A stretch of 32,000 nt of DNA, from the NCBI GenBank assembly GCA_948465965.1, contig CAOJYR010000001.1, positions 40,353 through 72,352 on the forward strand. Direction: 5' to 3'. Numbering within the stretch: the stretch's first letter is position 1; each line of letters begins with the position of its first letter. The translations under genes and the position numbers were made by a program. This document shows, piece by piece, positions 16,161-24,907 of this stretch. Origin of the DNA: an uncultured Mycoplasmatota bacterium (GTDB taxonomy: Bacteria; Bacillota_I; Bacilli_A; RF39; UBA660). A model generated the notes under the pieces. That model was not told the DNA's origin. It was given only the letters and a program-made list of their open reading frames with translations, and searched no databases.

Positions 16161-17339
16161 TCACTGCTCCTTACTATTTTCCTCTTCTATATTGATATCT
16201 TCAATACTCGCTGTATCAGTTATATCTTCTTTTACTTTAATAAATACATCTACTACTATTTTACTATCTTTTTCTGACTTTTTCAAAACTTTTTTAGATA
16301 AGATTTCATCACCCTTAGAAAGTTTATTCTTAAGTCTAGATTCTGCCATAGATAAAGCCTTGGAATCAACAGTATCCAATTTATATGTTTCCTTAATAAC
16401 TTCGGTCTCTAAATACTTACTAAAATCCAAACTAATTGGTAATAAATTAGACTTAAGAAGACTAATACTTTCTTTTTTATAAGTTTTAAAATGATTAAAC
16501 AACGTATAGCTTTTATTAAAAATATTAATTTCTATCTGATTTTTCTTCTTTCCAGTTACATTTTCTTCATAATAGTTAGTAGGCAATTCTAAATTAACAC
16601 GATACCACACTTCTCCAAACACCCTACCTCTAGCACATCTTTTACTAACAATATCTTCTTTATTATAAATAAGTCCGCTTATTAAAACGTCACCTTTTTT
16701 AACATAATCCAACTTTTTCTTTACTACTTCGCCCTCTTCAGCCTCAATACTTAAAATCATCGCATCCTTCTTTGCAATAATATTTCTTTCTGAGCATTTC
16801 TTCTCTTCCTTATTCTTTTTTCTTTGTTCCACTTTAACAACATACTTAGTACCAACCTCTTCTATTTCTAACCACTCTATATCATTAGTTTCTTTTTTTA
16901 AAATTTTATCTACAATTTCCTCTTTTTCCCTAAAACCTACTTTAAAATGAAACCTACTAATCCCTAGTTCCTCTAGATCTCGAGTAACCATTTCTCTTAT
17001 ATCTTGATTAGAATGAACAACCTCTACTTTAAAAATAACATTACTTAAAAAGATATTAATTCCAACACCAAGCAAACAAGCCGCCAAAAAGATAGAATAC
17101 TTTTTTACTAAATACTCTACTTTCGCAAGACCATATCTATTAATTACTTCTATTTTATAGCTTGTTTTAATTTTTTTTATTTTTTCATAATCATCACTAT
17201 TAACTATTAAGGCAATTTCTCTTCCTCTTTTTTCAAGGTCATATATAGAAATATTTTGCCTAATTAACTTATCTATAAAATAGCTAGGATTTCTCCCCTT
17301 AATTAATAATTTAAATCTACTAATCATGGGAAACCTCAA
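16161..17339 (-). CDS. yqfD: sporulation protein YqfD
   Basis: N-terminal pattern (KGRNPSYFIDKLIRQNISIYDL), a single central TM, and position downstream of yqfC. Confidence 0.8.
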   Translation of the reverse strand: MRFPMISRFKLLIKGRNPSYFIDKLIRQNISIYDLEKRGREIALIVNSDDYEKIKKIKTSYKIEVINRYGLAKVEYLVKKYSIFLAACLLGVGINIFLSNVIFKVEVVHSNQDIREMVTRDLEELGISRFHFKVGFREKEEIVDKILKKETNDIEWLEIEEVGTKYVVKVEQRKKNKEEKKCSERNIIAKKDAMILSIEAEEGEVVKKKLDYVKKGDVLISGLIYNKEDIVSKRCARGRVFGEVWYRVNLELPTNYYEENVTGKKKNQIEINIFNKSYTLFNHFKTYKKESISLLKSNLLPISLDFSKYLETEVIKETYKLDTVDSKALSMAESRLKNKLSKGDEILSKKVLKKSEKDSKIVVDVFIKVKEDITDTASIEDINIEEENSKEQ

Positions 17340-17568
17340 TACTTAAAACTTCTCCACCTATTAAGACTTCTTTTTCCAATAATTTATTCAGAGTCAGATT
17401 ATTACCCTTAACTACAATTCTTCCATCGGCTACCTTAAATGATATTCTATCACTTTCTAAAGATAAAATTTCTGAATAATTAATTGCATAGATTCTATTA
17501 TTAAAAAGAGTTAATCTAAATTCATTATCAACAATATAGTCCTGTAATCTTGAAAACATAACTATCAC
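17320..17568 (-). CDS. yqfC: sporulation protein YqfC
   Basis: YabP/YqfC-like protein of about 80 aa that overlaps the yqfD start, in syntenic position. Confidence 0.7.
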   Translation of the reverse strand: MIVMFSRLQDYIVDNEFRLTLFNNRIYAINYSEILSLESDRISFKVADGRIVVKGNNLTLNKLLEKEVLIGGEVLSIEVSHD

Positions 17569-17582
17569 CTAATGAAATATAT

Positions 17583-17608
17583 GAAAAAAAAAGACTTTTT
17601 AGTCTTTA
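17583..17608 (-). terminator. rho-independent terminator after yqeY
   Basis: The minus strand reads aaagact-aaaa-agtcttttttttt, beginning at the stop codon. Confidence 0.6.
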
Positions 17609-18043
17609 TTGTAACTTACTTCTAATAATTTCACTGACTTTCTTCATATCAAAGCGTCCCTTAAGTTTAGGAGTAACCTCTCCCATAATCTTTCCCATAT
17701 CCTTCATCCCACTAGGATTAATAGAAGAAAAAGCCTCATCTATAATCTGATTAACATCATCCAAACTTAATTGTTCAGGTAAATATTTCATAAGTATATC
17801 CACTTCGCTTTGCGTTTTACTTACTAAATCACCACGCCCTGCTTTTTCAAATTCACTAATAGAATCTTTTCTCATCTTTATCTGTTTATTAACAACATCT
17901 ATTAGTAACTCATCATTTTCTTCCCTTTTATGATCAATCACCTCTTGTTTTATAGAAGCTTTAACCATACGAATAACTGTAAGTTTCTCCTTTTCTTTAG
18001 CCTTCATAGCTTCTATCATATCTTTATTTAATTCTTCTAACAT
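17606..18043 (-). CDS. yqeY: GatB/YqeY domain protein
   Basis: The typical N-terminus (L...L..DM..AMKAKEK..L...R) is present as MLEELNKDMIEAMKAKEKEKLTVIRM. Size of 145 aa. Confidence 0.85.
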   Translation of the reverse strand: MLEELNKDMIEAMKAKEKEKLTVIRMVKASIKQEVIDHKREENDELLIDVVNKQIKMRKDSISEFEKAGRGDLVSKTQSEVDILMKYLPEQLSLDDVNQIIDEAFSSINPSGMKDMGKIMGEVTPKLKGRFDMKKVSEIIRSKLQ

Positions 18044-18101
18044 ATTATCTCCTCTCCTATAACCATTATATCCATTAATATAAATATCTTCAACAGAAAT
18101 A

Positions 18102-19010
18102 TTACTTACTAATATAAGTATTTACTAATTGTTTAACTTTATATCTATTATAACTAAATGGATCTTTATCCTTTACTAGATTATCTATTCCTGTAGATAA
18201 TTCCATAAATTTATCTTCTCCTAATCTATGATTAAAATCATTATAAATATTCTCTATATTGCCATTAAGGCGATTAGGTAATATAATATTTTTATAACTT
18301 GGGCTAATATAAATTGGTCTTATTTCATTTAAGATAGTCCTATAGGCAGTCGAATCATAATGACAGTTTCTAACCTTATCTAAGGCCACAGATAACATAG
18401 AATCATCTATTTTAAACTTTGTAAAGTTTATGATTTCATTCATAATATCATTGGTTTGAAGCTGATTTATTCCCTCTTCCAATCCAAGAAACTGATTACT
18501 TTTTTCAAATAAACTCGCCGAACATAAACCAGTCCTGACATTTATTTTGCCGTTATAAAAAACTATTTGCCTATTTATAGAATTTACAATATGATTTTCC
18601 TCATGGCATAATGCTTCAAGCATTGAATTGTAAATAAAATTAGGATTATAATAAATATAGATTGAATTAACAACATTTATTATCCCCAAAAATGGATTAC
18701 TATCATCACTTAAATAAATATCAGTAAACGTAGGAACTGTTCCGCTAAGCATCATTTCTTTATAATCATCATCTATTTCTGAATACCGATTATTAATTAA
18801 ATCATCTCTACTCAAAAAGTTAACTTTACATCTAAATGCTTCATAAATTTCCTTAATATTATCAAATCCATAATGAGCCACCATTCCCGCAAAAACTAAA
18901 TATTGCATTTCTTTTAATCTCTCACAATAATTATAACCACTAGTAGCATTATCAACTAATTTTTTACTATAATTCAACAAATAGTTTACACTCTCATCTG
19001 TCTCAAACAT
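18102..19010 (-). CDS. hypothetical protein with an HExxH motif (possible metallopeptidase)
   Basis: EALCHEENHIVNS contains HEENH. No family recognised. It sits between rpsU and yqeY, which are adjacent in Bacillus. Confidence 0.35.
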   Translation of the reverse strand: MFETDESVNYLLNYSKKLVDNATSGYNYCERLKEMQYLVFAGMVAHYGFDNIKEIYEAFRCKVNFLSRDDLINNRYSEIDDDYKEMMLSGTVPTFTDIYLSDDSNPFLGIINVVNSIYIYYNPNFIYNSMLEALCHEENHIVNSINRQIVFYNGKINVRTGLCSASLFEKSNQFLGLEEGINQLQTNDIMNEIINFTKFKIDDSMLSVALDKVRNCHYDSTAYRTILNEIRPIYISPSYKNIILPNRLNGNIENIYNDFNHRLGEDKFMELSTGIDNLVKDKDPFSYNRYKVKQLVNTYISK

Positions 19011-19061
19011 AGTATCCCCCTTTAAACGTCCCCTATTATAACAAAAATCATAAAGAATGTC

Positions 19062-19090
19062 AAAAAAATAGAGACAGATTAGTCTCTATT
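19062..19090 (-). terminator. rho-independent terminator overlapping the rpsU stop
   Basis: The minus strand reads atagagac-taatct-gtctctat followed by tttttt. Confidence 0.55.
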
Positions 19091-19288
19091 ATTCTTATTA
19101 TTTTTATTTCTCTTTTGTGAATTTTTAATTCCTTCTTTTTTAGCTGCTCTTCTTCTTACACCAGGTTTATCATAAGCTTCACGTTTTTTGCATTCTGAAG
19201 GGACACCGTCTCTAGCTACTTTTTGTTTGAATTTTCTTAGTGCTAAATCTAAATTACCATTTTTAACTGTTACTTGAGTTGCCATCAT
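19079..19288 (-). CDS. rpsU: 30S ribosomal protein S21
   Basis: VKNGNLDLALRKFKQKVARDGV...EAYDKPGVRRR with a basic tail. GGGAGGG RBS. Confidence 0.9.
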   Translation of the reverse strand: MMATQVTVKNGNLDLALRKFKQKVARDGVPSECKKREAYDKPGVRRRAAKKEGIKNSQKRNKNNKNNRD

Positions 19289-19378
19289 TATCCCTCCCTT
19301 CGCTTTAACTACAATGAATTATATCAAAACTTTCCTTACTTTTCAACAATTTTTAACATTTTTTTAAAAAAATATTAC

Positions 19379-19531
19379 TTAAACTACCAATCTATACAAA
19401 AATCTAATAAAAATTCCTAAATAAATACCACTGTGATAAATAAAGTTAATTAAAATATTAATAACAGGTAAACTAAAAACTATTACAACAATAGTAACTA
19501 CCTTACAATATTTTTTTACTCTAAAGGACAT
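19379..19531 (-). CDS. putative bacteriocin immunity peptide (50 aa, two hydrophobic segments)
   Basis: MSFRVKKYCKVVTIVVIVFSLPVINILINFIYHSGIYLGIFIRFLYRLVV. Its ATG overlaps the 3' end of peptide B, with GAAGG 8 nt upstream. Not in the ORF track. Confidence 0.4.
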   Translation of the reverse strand: MSFRVKKYCKVVTIVVIVFSLPVINILINFIYHSGIYLGIFIRFLYRLVV

Positions 19532-19686
19532 AAATTACCTTCACCAATGCGCCTTAATGCTGAACCAACTCCATGTCCAGCATCCATCAATACTTTTATA
19601 ATATTAGTAAAAGCATTAATAATACCACTAGATACAGTAGTACCACCATATATATTCTCTAATTCTTCTGTTCTACATTTTCTCAT
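19516..19686 (-). CDS. class II bacteriocin precursor B with a double-glycine leader (56 aa)
   Basis: MRKCRTEELENIYGG|TTVSSGIINAFTNIIKVLMDAGHGVGSALRRIGEGNLCPLE. The leader shows the ELxxIxGG pattern. Its ATG overlaps the stop of peptide A (ATGA). Confidence 0.75.
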   Translation of the reverse strand: MRKCRTEELENIYGGTTVSSGIINAFTNIIKVLMDAGHGVGSALRRIGEGNLCPLE

Positions 19687-19823
19687 CCGCCACACTTATC
19701 TGGATTGGTTATACCCTCTAGTACTCCTGAAAAAAACACAACTAAAGCCGCAATTCCTACACCCATCCAAACTGAAAAACCTCCTTTAATATTTTCTAAT
19801 TCTTGCCTATTAACTTCTCTCAA
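19683..19823 (-). CDS. class II bacteriocin precursor A with a double-glycine leader (46 aa)
   Basis: (TTG)MREVNRQELENIKGG|FSVWMGVGIAALVVFFSGVLEGITNPDKCGG. AAGGAG lies 5 nt before the TTG, which directly follows the stop of the upstream gene. Confidence 0.7.
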   Translation of the reverse strand: MREVNRQELENIKGGFSVWMGVGIAALVVFFSGVLEGITNPDKCGG

Positions 19824-20246
19824 TTATACTCCTTTCCAAACTATTTTAATCATCGAAATAACGTCTACCTTCTTATCAAAAAATAACAAGGCAACTAAAT
19901 CATTCGTCTTGACTTTACTATTTAAATTAACTTTAAGTAAAACATTATGATAATTTTTACTCTCTCTTTTTAAAATATTTCTATCTATTCTTTCTATTTT
20001 AATTAATCTTTTCTTTTTATCAACAAATAAATATTTATTATGATAAATAGTTTTTAACTCTTTATCAGTAACTAAAGCCTCAACTAAATTATCTTTGATA
20101 ACACTAGCATTTATTACCTTATAAATTCTAATATGATCATTAAAACTAAACATTGTAATTAAAACAAACATCAAAGCTAATATAAAAGTCATAGCAAAGA
20201 CTAAGACTTTTGATTCATACTTTGCCAACTTCATAAATCTTACCAC
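19824..20246 (-). CDS. small membrane-anchored accessory protein of the bacteriocin exporter (short HlyD-like?)
   Basis: One N-terminal TM followed by a beta-rich domain. Overlaps the ABC gene by 32 nt and abuts peptide A. Assignment rests on context only. Confidence 0.4.
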   Translation of the reverse strand: MVRFMKLAKYESKVLVFAMTFILALMFVLITMFSFNDHIRIYKVINASVIKDNLVEALVTDKELKTIYHNKYLFVDKKKRLIKIERIDRNILKRESKNYHNVLLKVNLNSKVKTNDLVALLFFDKKVDVISMIKIVWKGV

Positions 20247-22296
20247 CCTCTAATTTTATAACCTGATCAAATAAATTTTGATTATTAAATCTGTGGCTTA
20301 TCACAATAATAGTCTTATTCTTTAAATATCTAAAAATATTTTTAAGTATCTTTTCTTCACGTTCAATATCAATTTGACTTAAAGCCTCATCAAAAATGTA
20401 AATATCACTGTCTTTAAGCAATGTTCTAGCAAGTATGATTCTCTGACGCTCTCCACCACTAAAATTAAATCCATTCTCTTCAACTAATTTTTGATATTTC
20501 AAATTATCTTTTTCGACAACCTCATCAACCAACACTAATTTAGAAATAGTCAAAACCTTATCTCTATCTATCTCTCTATTAAGAACAATATTATTATAAA
20601 TAGTATTAGAAAATAAAAATTCATTTCCCGTAACATAAGTTATCTTATTTCTTAGTACTTCCAAATGATAATGATTAATATCGATTCCATTAATTTTTAT
20701 TTGATCAAAAGGAACCTCAATATACCTCATCAACATCTTCATCAAAGTACTCTTTCCTGCACCACTAGAACCTGTAATAAGCACCTTAGATCCCCTTTTA
20801 ATAGTAAAATTAAGTTCATTAAATAAAAAAGTATGATTATAAGAATAGGCTAAATTATTATATTCTATATCACCACATAAATCATATAAATTATAATACA
20901 TTCCACCATCAAATACCTCCTGTTTAATAGTAAACATATCATGTATTCGATTGATAGCCGCCTTAAAAGAATGAACTTCAGCTTGTAAATAAATCAAATT
21001 ATTTAAAGCCCCTAAAAAATAACTTAAAATCCCCTGATAAATAAAAAGCTCAGCTACATTTAATCTATCCAGAACAACAAAAAAAACACCTATTCCATAA
21101 ATAATAATTAGTAAAAGATTATTAATATTATTCTTAAAAAAATTATTAATTTCAAATAAGAAAGACATTCTATAATAAGATTCTAAATACCTTTTGTATT
21201 TCATTTTAAATCGAGCAACAAAATCATTTTCTATATGAAGCCCTTTTAAGGATTCAACACTAGCCAATGATTCAATCAAATAAGAATTTATTTTCTCCTC
21301 ACATCTATGATACTTATTTATTACCCTTTTCTTATATTTACTAATAATTATATTATAAATAAAAATAATACTTATTATAACCAAAACATAACAGGTTAAT
21401 TGACAACTAATATTAAACATGAAAATTATAAAAATAACAACTGTAAATAAATCGGTTGTCAAAGAACAAATAAATTTAGCCAGAAAATTTTTAATAATCG
21501 TTAAATCTTTTATTCTTGATACAACCTCTCCTGTAGTTCTATTTTTATAATAAAGATAAGGAAGTAGAAGAAGCCTTTTATAAGTACTTATAGTAATTTC
21601 TGAATCAAACATGCTAATCCATTTTAAAAGTAATAGATTTCGCAAGAAGAAGGTTATTTCTTTTACACTATATACAATAAAGAGGTAACAACTTATAAAC
21701 AAAACATTAGAACTTATTCGATAATTAATTACGAATTCTAATAAATATTTAAAATGAAAAGCAACGATTACATTCAAAATAAAGTACAAAGAAGATAAAA
21801 GAATAATCAAAAATATCATAAACTTATTATGCTTAGAAAATTCTTTTATACTATCGATGATAACCTTTTTATAAGAAACCACTGGTAACTTTTTAATTGG
21901 TTTTAAATAAATAAAATTATTACTAGACAAGAGCCTAAATTCTGAGAAAGAAAGTATTCTCCTACCCTTAGCAGGATCCATAATTAATACCTTATTATTG
22001 GAAAAATCAACGTCATATATAACAACAAAGTGTTGATAACTTTTATTAATTATTAAATGGGCAAGACAAGGTAAGTTATTTTTATCTATATTTTTCAAAT
22101 CTCCCCGAACCCCGTAACCTTTAAAACCAATTTTTTCAGCACATTCAATAATTTTATAAGCTGATACACCAGACTTGGTAGTATTAGTCAATTCTCTCAA
22201 ATATTCCTTAGATACATCTCCCCCATAAAATCTAATTACAGAAAGAAGAGAACAAATACCACAATCCTTTATACCATCCTGTAAAACAATTTTCAT
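20215..22296 (-). CDS. bacteriocin-processing ABC transporter with an N-terminal C39 peptidase domain
   Basis: C39 catalytic Cys context QDGIKDCGICSL, six-TM domain, Walker A GSSGAGKST, signature FSGGERQR, Walker B IYIFDEALS. Confidence 0.9.
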   Translation of the reverse strand: MKIVLQDGIKDCGICSLLSVIRFYGGDVSKEYLRELTNTTKSGVSAYKIIECAEKIGFKGYGVRGDLKNIDKNNLPCLAHLIINKSYQHFVVIYDVDFSNNKVLIMDPAKGRRILSFSEFRLLSSNNFIYLKPIKKLPVVSYKKVIIDSIKEFSKHNKFMIFLIILLSSLYFILNVIVAFHFKYLLEFVINYRISSNVLFISCYLFIVYSVKEITFFLRNLLLLKWISMFDSEITISTYKRLLLLPYLYYKNRTTGEVVSRIKDLTIIKNFLAKFICSLTTDLFTVVIFIIFMFNISCQLTCYVLVIISIIFIYNIIISKYKKRVINKYHRCEEKINSYLIESLASVESLKGLHIENDFVARFKMKYKRYLESYYRMSFLFEINNFFKNNINNLLLIIIYGIGVFFVVLDRLNVAELFIYQGILSYFLGALNNLIYLQAEVHSFKAAINRIHDMFTIKQEVFDGGMYYNLYDLCGDIEYNNLAYSYNHTFLFNELNFTIKRGSKVLITGSSGAGKSTLMKMLMRYIEVPFDQIKINGIDINHYHLEVLRNKITYVTGNEFLFSNTIYNNIVLNREIDRDKVLTISKLVLVDEVVEKDNLKYQKLVEENGFNFSGGERQRIILARTLLKDSDIYIFDEALSQIDIEREEKILKNIFRYLKNKTIIVISHRFNNQNLFDQVIKLEGGKIYEVGKV

Positions 22297-22430
22297 ATAC
22301 TATCTTCTTCCACCTCCTACTAAATTATTTACAATAAATAAATTTTTTCCTCAAAAAAAGAAAAAATTTAAGTTTTTTCATTGTTTTTTTACCATATATT
22401 TAAATTTCTATTAATTAATAGGTATCTACT

Positions 22431-22460
22431 ATGTCAAAATGACACCTATTCTAATATAAT
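22431..22460 (+). promoter_or_regulatory. candidate promoter (aTGtCA-18 nt-TATAAT) with an operator-like palindrome TGTCA-aaa-TGACA
   Basis: TATAAT lies at 22455-22460. The 5-3-5 inverted repeat at 22432-22444 overlaps the -35 box. The small ORF follows about 24 nt downstream. Confidence 0.35.
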
Positions 22461-22483
22461 ATATTGAAAGGAGATTTGATTTT

Positions 22484-22636
22484 ATGTACGGATATACAAC
22501 CTGCTGCAACAACCAAGGATATGGCGATGGAGCTGGATTCAACTGGTTTTGGATTATAATTATAATATTTATTTTATTCTTCTTATTCGGTGGTTTTGGA
22601 AATGGATATTCAGGAAACAATTGTTGTAGAAACTAA
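22484..22636 (+). CDS. YjcZ-like tiny Gly/Tyr-rich hydrophobic peptide (50 aa)
   Basis: MYGYTTCCNNQGYGDGAGFNWFWIIIIIFILFFLFGGFGNGYSGNNCCRN. AAAGGAG lies 9 nt before the ATG and a terminator follows. The minus-strand track ORF 22429..22620 is its antisense shadow. Confidence 0.65.
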   Translation: MYGYTTCCNNQGYGDGAGFNWFWIIIIIFILFFLFGGFGNGYSGNNCCRN

Positions 22637-22670
22637 AAATAAGATATAAATAACCACTTTCATAATATTA

Positions 22671-22695
22671 AGGGACAATAAATTGTCTCTTTTTA
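22671..22695 (+). terminator. rho-independent terminator of the small peptide gene
   Basis: 8-bp stem agggacaa/ttgtctct with loop taaa, followed by ttttatc. Confidence 0.55.
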
Positions 22696-22705
22696 TCAAA
22701 ACTAA

Positions 22706-22740
22706 AACACAAAAATAAAACCCTTGCTATACAAGGGTTT
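22706..22740 (-). terminator. rho-independent terminator downstream of tRNA-Arg
   Basis: aaacccttg-tatag-caagggttt followed on the minus strand by tatttttgtgtttt. Confidence 0.6.
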
Positions 22741-22749
22741 AATTTCTAA

Positions 22750-22826
22750 TGGTGTCCGCGAGGCGACTCGAACGCCTGACCGATCGCTTAGAAGGCGATT
22801 GCTCTATCCAGCTGAGCTACGCAGAC
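22750..22826 (-). tRNA. tRNA-Arg (anticodon TCT), CCA encoded
   Basis: The minus strand reads GTCTGCGTAGCTCAGCTGGATAGAGCAATCGCCTTCTAAGCGATCGGTCAGGCGTTCGAGTCGCCTCGCGGACACCA. It has the D-loop AGCTCAGCTGGATAGAGC, the anticodon loop CTTCTAA, and the T-loop GTTCGAGTC. Confidence 0.9.
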
Positions 22827-23075
22827 ATAAATCAACTGACAAATAGAATTATACAATAAAAGTACTTATCTTTCAAGTACTTTTTTTATTTTTATATTAA
22901 TTAATCACTTATAAATATACGATAAAGTTTCCATTATCTAAAAAAAAGAATAAACCTACACACATCGGATCAAGAATTTTAAAAGTAATCTTTCTATCTT
23001 CGTTCCATTCAGATACCATGCTTCCCCAACAAAAATCAATACACTATACAAAAAACATTAGAACATATTCTCTAT

Positions 23076-24023
23076 TTATGGCAAATCCTTAATCCCTATA
23101 GTATCAACATTCTTCCCATTTACCTGTAACATAACCTGATTTACATCATAATTATCAAAAACCGAATAAGCTATAGTATAAGCAACTTCCTCAAGCACCT
23201 TATCGTTACTATCAAATAAATAATCATTAAAATTTAGAAACATAACGTTCTCCTGCTCTTTATAATCTAAAAGACGAACATTACTATGCAAAAAACTCAT
23301 CAAATTATTTTCGTATATATAACTAGTTGCTAACTCCTCAACAATAATTTTCACTTTATCTCTATCATCATTTAAATACTTTGTAACTGGAACATAATAA
23401 TTATCATTACCAATTCTATCAATATAATAAATGACCACCTTAGATATATCATTACGCGATGACAAATTATACTTCTTATTAATACCTATGCTCTTATCAA
23501 GTACTAATGGCAATTTTTCATGAGTATTAGGATACTCTTCTAAATTTTCTCCTTCAACCAATAAGCTAACTCCCTCTACATCATCTAAATCAAAAAGACT
23601 ATAAACTATACTAGAAATGATTTGTTTTTCCTTATCCACTTCCATATTTAAAAAATTCTTAGAAAAATCAACTGTTATCTTCTTATCTGCATAAACTATT
23701 TCATTTATCTTAGTACCTTCTGGAATTAGAGCCTTTAATCCATTAGGAAAATTAGAACCGTCACTTATAGTTAAATTAGAAATCATTTTACTAACCTGCT
23801 CTTTTTTATCATTAGAATCAATTAATATTTTTGTTTTAACTAAATAATTATCACTATTAAGTAAATAAATACTATTCGTATATAAACCTGTGGTGGTCTC
23901 AATTTCCAAATTAGTCTTTAAAACATTCGACTCCAAAGTATTTGGTATAGAATAAACAGTAAGTAAAATGAATAATGTTAAAGTAGTTATAAAAATTTTT
24001 CTTAAAGCCTTAGTTCTTAGCAT
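23076..24023 (-). CDS. GerM-like (GerMN domain) secreted or lipoprotein
   Basis: Signal-anchor N-terminus and two repeats of the GerMN-type pattern (...VDFS.NF... and ...FLNFNDYLF...). Adjacent to sporulation regulators. Confidence 0.45.
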   Translation of the reverse strand: MLRTKALRKIFITTLTLFILLTVYSIPNTLESNVLKTNLEIETTTGLYTNSIYLLNSDNYLVKTKILIDSNDKKEQVSKMISNLTISDGSNFPNGLKALIPEGTKINEIVYADKKITVDFSKNFLNMEVDKEKQIISSIVYSLFDLDDVEGVSLLVEGENLEEYPNTHEKLPLVLDKSIGINKKYNLSSRNDISKVVIYYIDRIGNDNYYVPVTKYLNDDRDKVKIIVEELATSYIYENNLMSFLHSNVRLLDYKEQENVMFLNFNDYLFDSNDKVLEEVAYTIAYSVFDNYDVNQVMLQVNGKNVDTIGIKDLP

Positions 24024-24044
24024 AATATCACCTATAGAATAATA

Positions 24045-24072
24045 TGAAAAATCGTACTAAAATAGTACGATT
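24045..24072 (-). terminator. rho-independent terminator after the GerE-like gene
   Basis: atcgtact-atttt-agtacgat followed by ttttc on the minus strand. Confidence 0.5.
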
Positions 24073-24278
24073 TATAAAGATAATTCTTTAAGTTTTAATA
24101 ATTCTACAACAGCGCCAGCTCTACCATTAACTCCAAGTTTCTGCATTACATTAGAAATATGATTTCTAACTGTTTTTTCACTTATACCTAAAGTATTAGC
24201 TATTTCTTTAGTACTTTTATTAATTATCAAAAGTTCAAAAACATCTCTTTCTCTGGCTGTCAATATACCTTTTGCCAT
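24072..24278 (-). CDS. GerE/LuxR-type HTH transcriptional regulator (single-domain)
   Basis: LTARERDVFELL...STKEIANTLGISEKTVRNHISNVMQKLGV. ATG 24278 lies 6 nt after AGGTGGTG. Confidence 0.8.
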   Translation of the reverse strand: MAKGILTARERDVFELLIINKSTKEIANTLGISEKTVRNHISNVMQKLGVNGRAGAVVELLKLKELSL

Positions 24279-24338
24279 TTTTAGCACCACCTAGAGTATT
24301 TTATGTAAATATTACTCTTTGTTGTATGCTTTTACCTA

Positions 24339-24845
24339 TTAAGATTTTTGAAATTTAACAGTTATATACATTTTATCTTTATATTCATTTTGAATCAGAC
24401 GCATGATATTGTTTGCAACACTACTATCATGTTTAGCTGAAACACATACCACAGATACATTAGAATTATCCATTTTTACAAAACAATCTAATTTATAATT
24501 TTCCTTAATTTTCTTTTCAAATTCTTCTTCTTTTCCCTGAACTTCATTTAAATATTTTAATTTCTCATAAGCGTTATTCTTCTCTTCACTACTTGTTTCT
24601 TCACTAGTTAATTGTTCCTGCAGATCAGTCATAACAGATTGCCTTTCCTCTTCTAAACTAACTCTCATAGCAACAAGTGACGATACTTCTTCTACAGTTT
24701 CCTTAGTTGCTTCTTTCTTTTGTTCAACGTTATCACTCTTCACTGCTTTAGTAAGTAAGTCATTTGGCATAGTAATATAATATACACTAAGTACTAGTAT
24801 CAAGCTAAATAATGTTAAAAACCACAAATTTTGTTTATTAATCAT
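24339..24845 (-). CDS. SpoIIIAH-like protein
   Basis: N-terminus KQNLWFLTLFSLILVLSVYY mirrors SpoIIIAH. An acidic linker and a C-terminal YscJ/FliF-like region follow. Confidence 0.5.
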   Translation of the reverse strand: MINKQNLWFLTLFSLILVLSVYYITMPNDLLTKAVKSDNVEQKKEATKETVEEVSSLVAMRVSLEEERQSVMTDLQEQLTSEETSSEEKNNAYEKLKYLNEVQGKEEEFEKKIKENYKLDCFVKMDNSNVSVVCVSAKHDSSVANNIMRLIQNEYKDKMYITVKFQKS

Positions 24846-24907
24846 ACGACTTCCTCCTTGTTCTAATAAAATATATGTACAAAAAAAAAGAATATTCTAA
24901 AAATATT

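Noticed and set aside
19547-19950. + strand ORFs 19547..19789 and 19705..19950
   Set aside because: They are antisense shadows of the bacteriocin peptides, the immunity-like peptide and the accessory gene. The minus strand carries textbook double-glycine leaders with RBSs.
22429-22620. - strand ORF of 63 aa
   Set aside because: It is antisense to the well-signalled YjcZ-like peptide gene and has no RBS.
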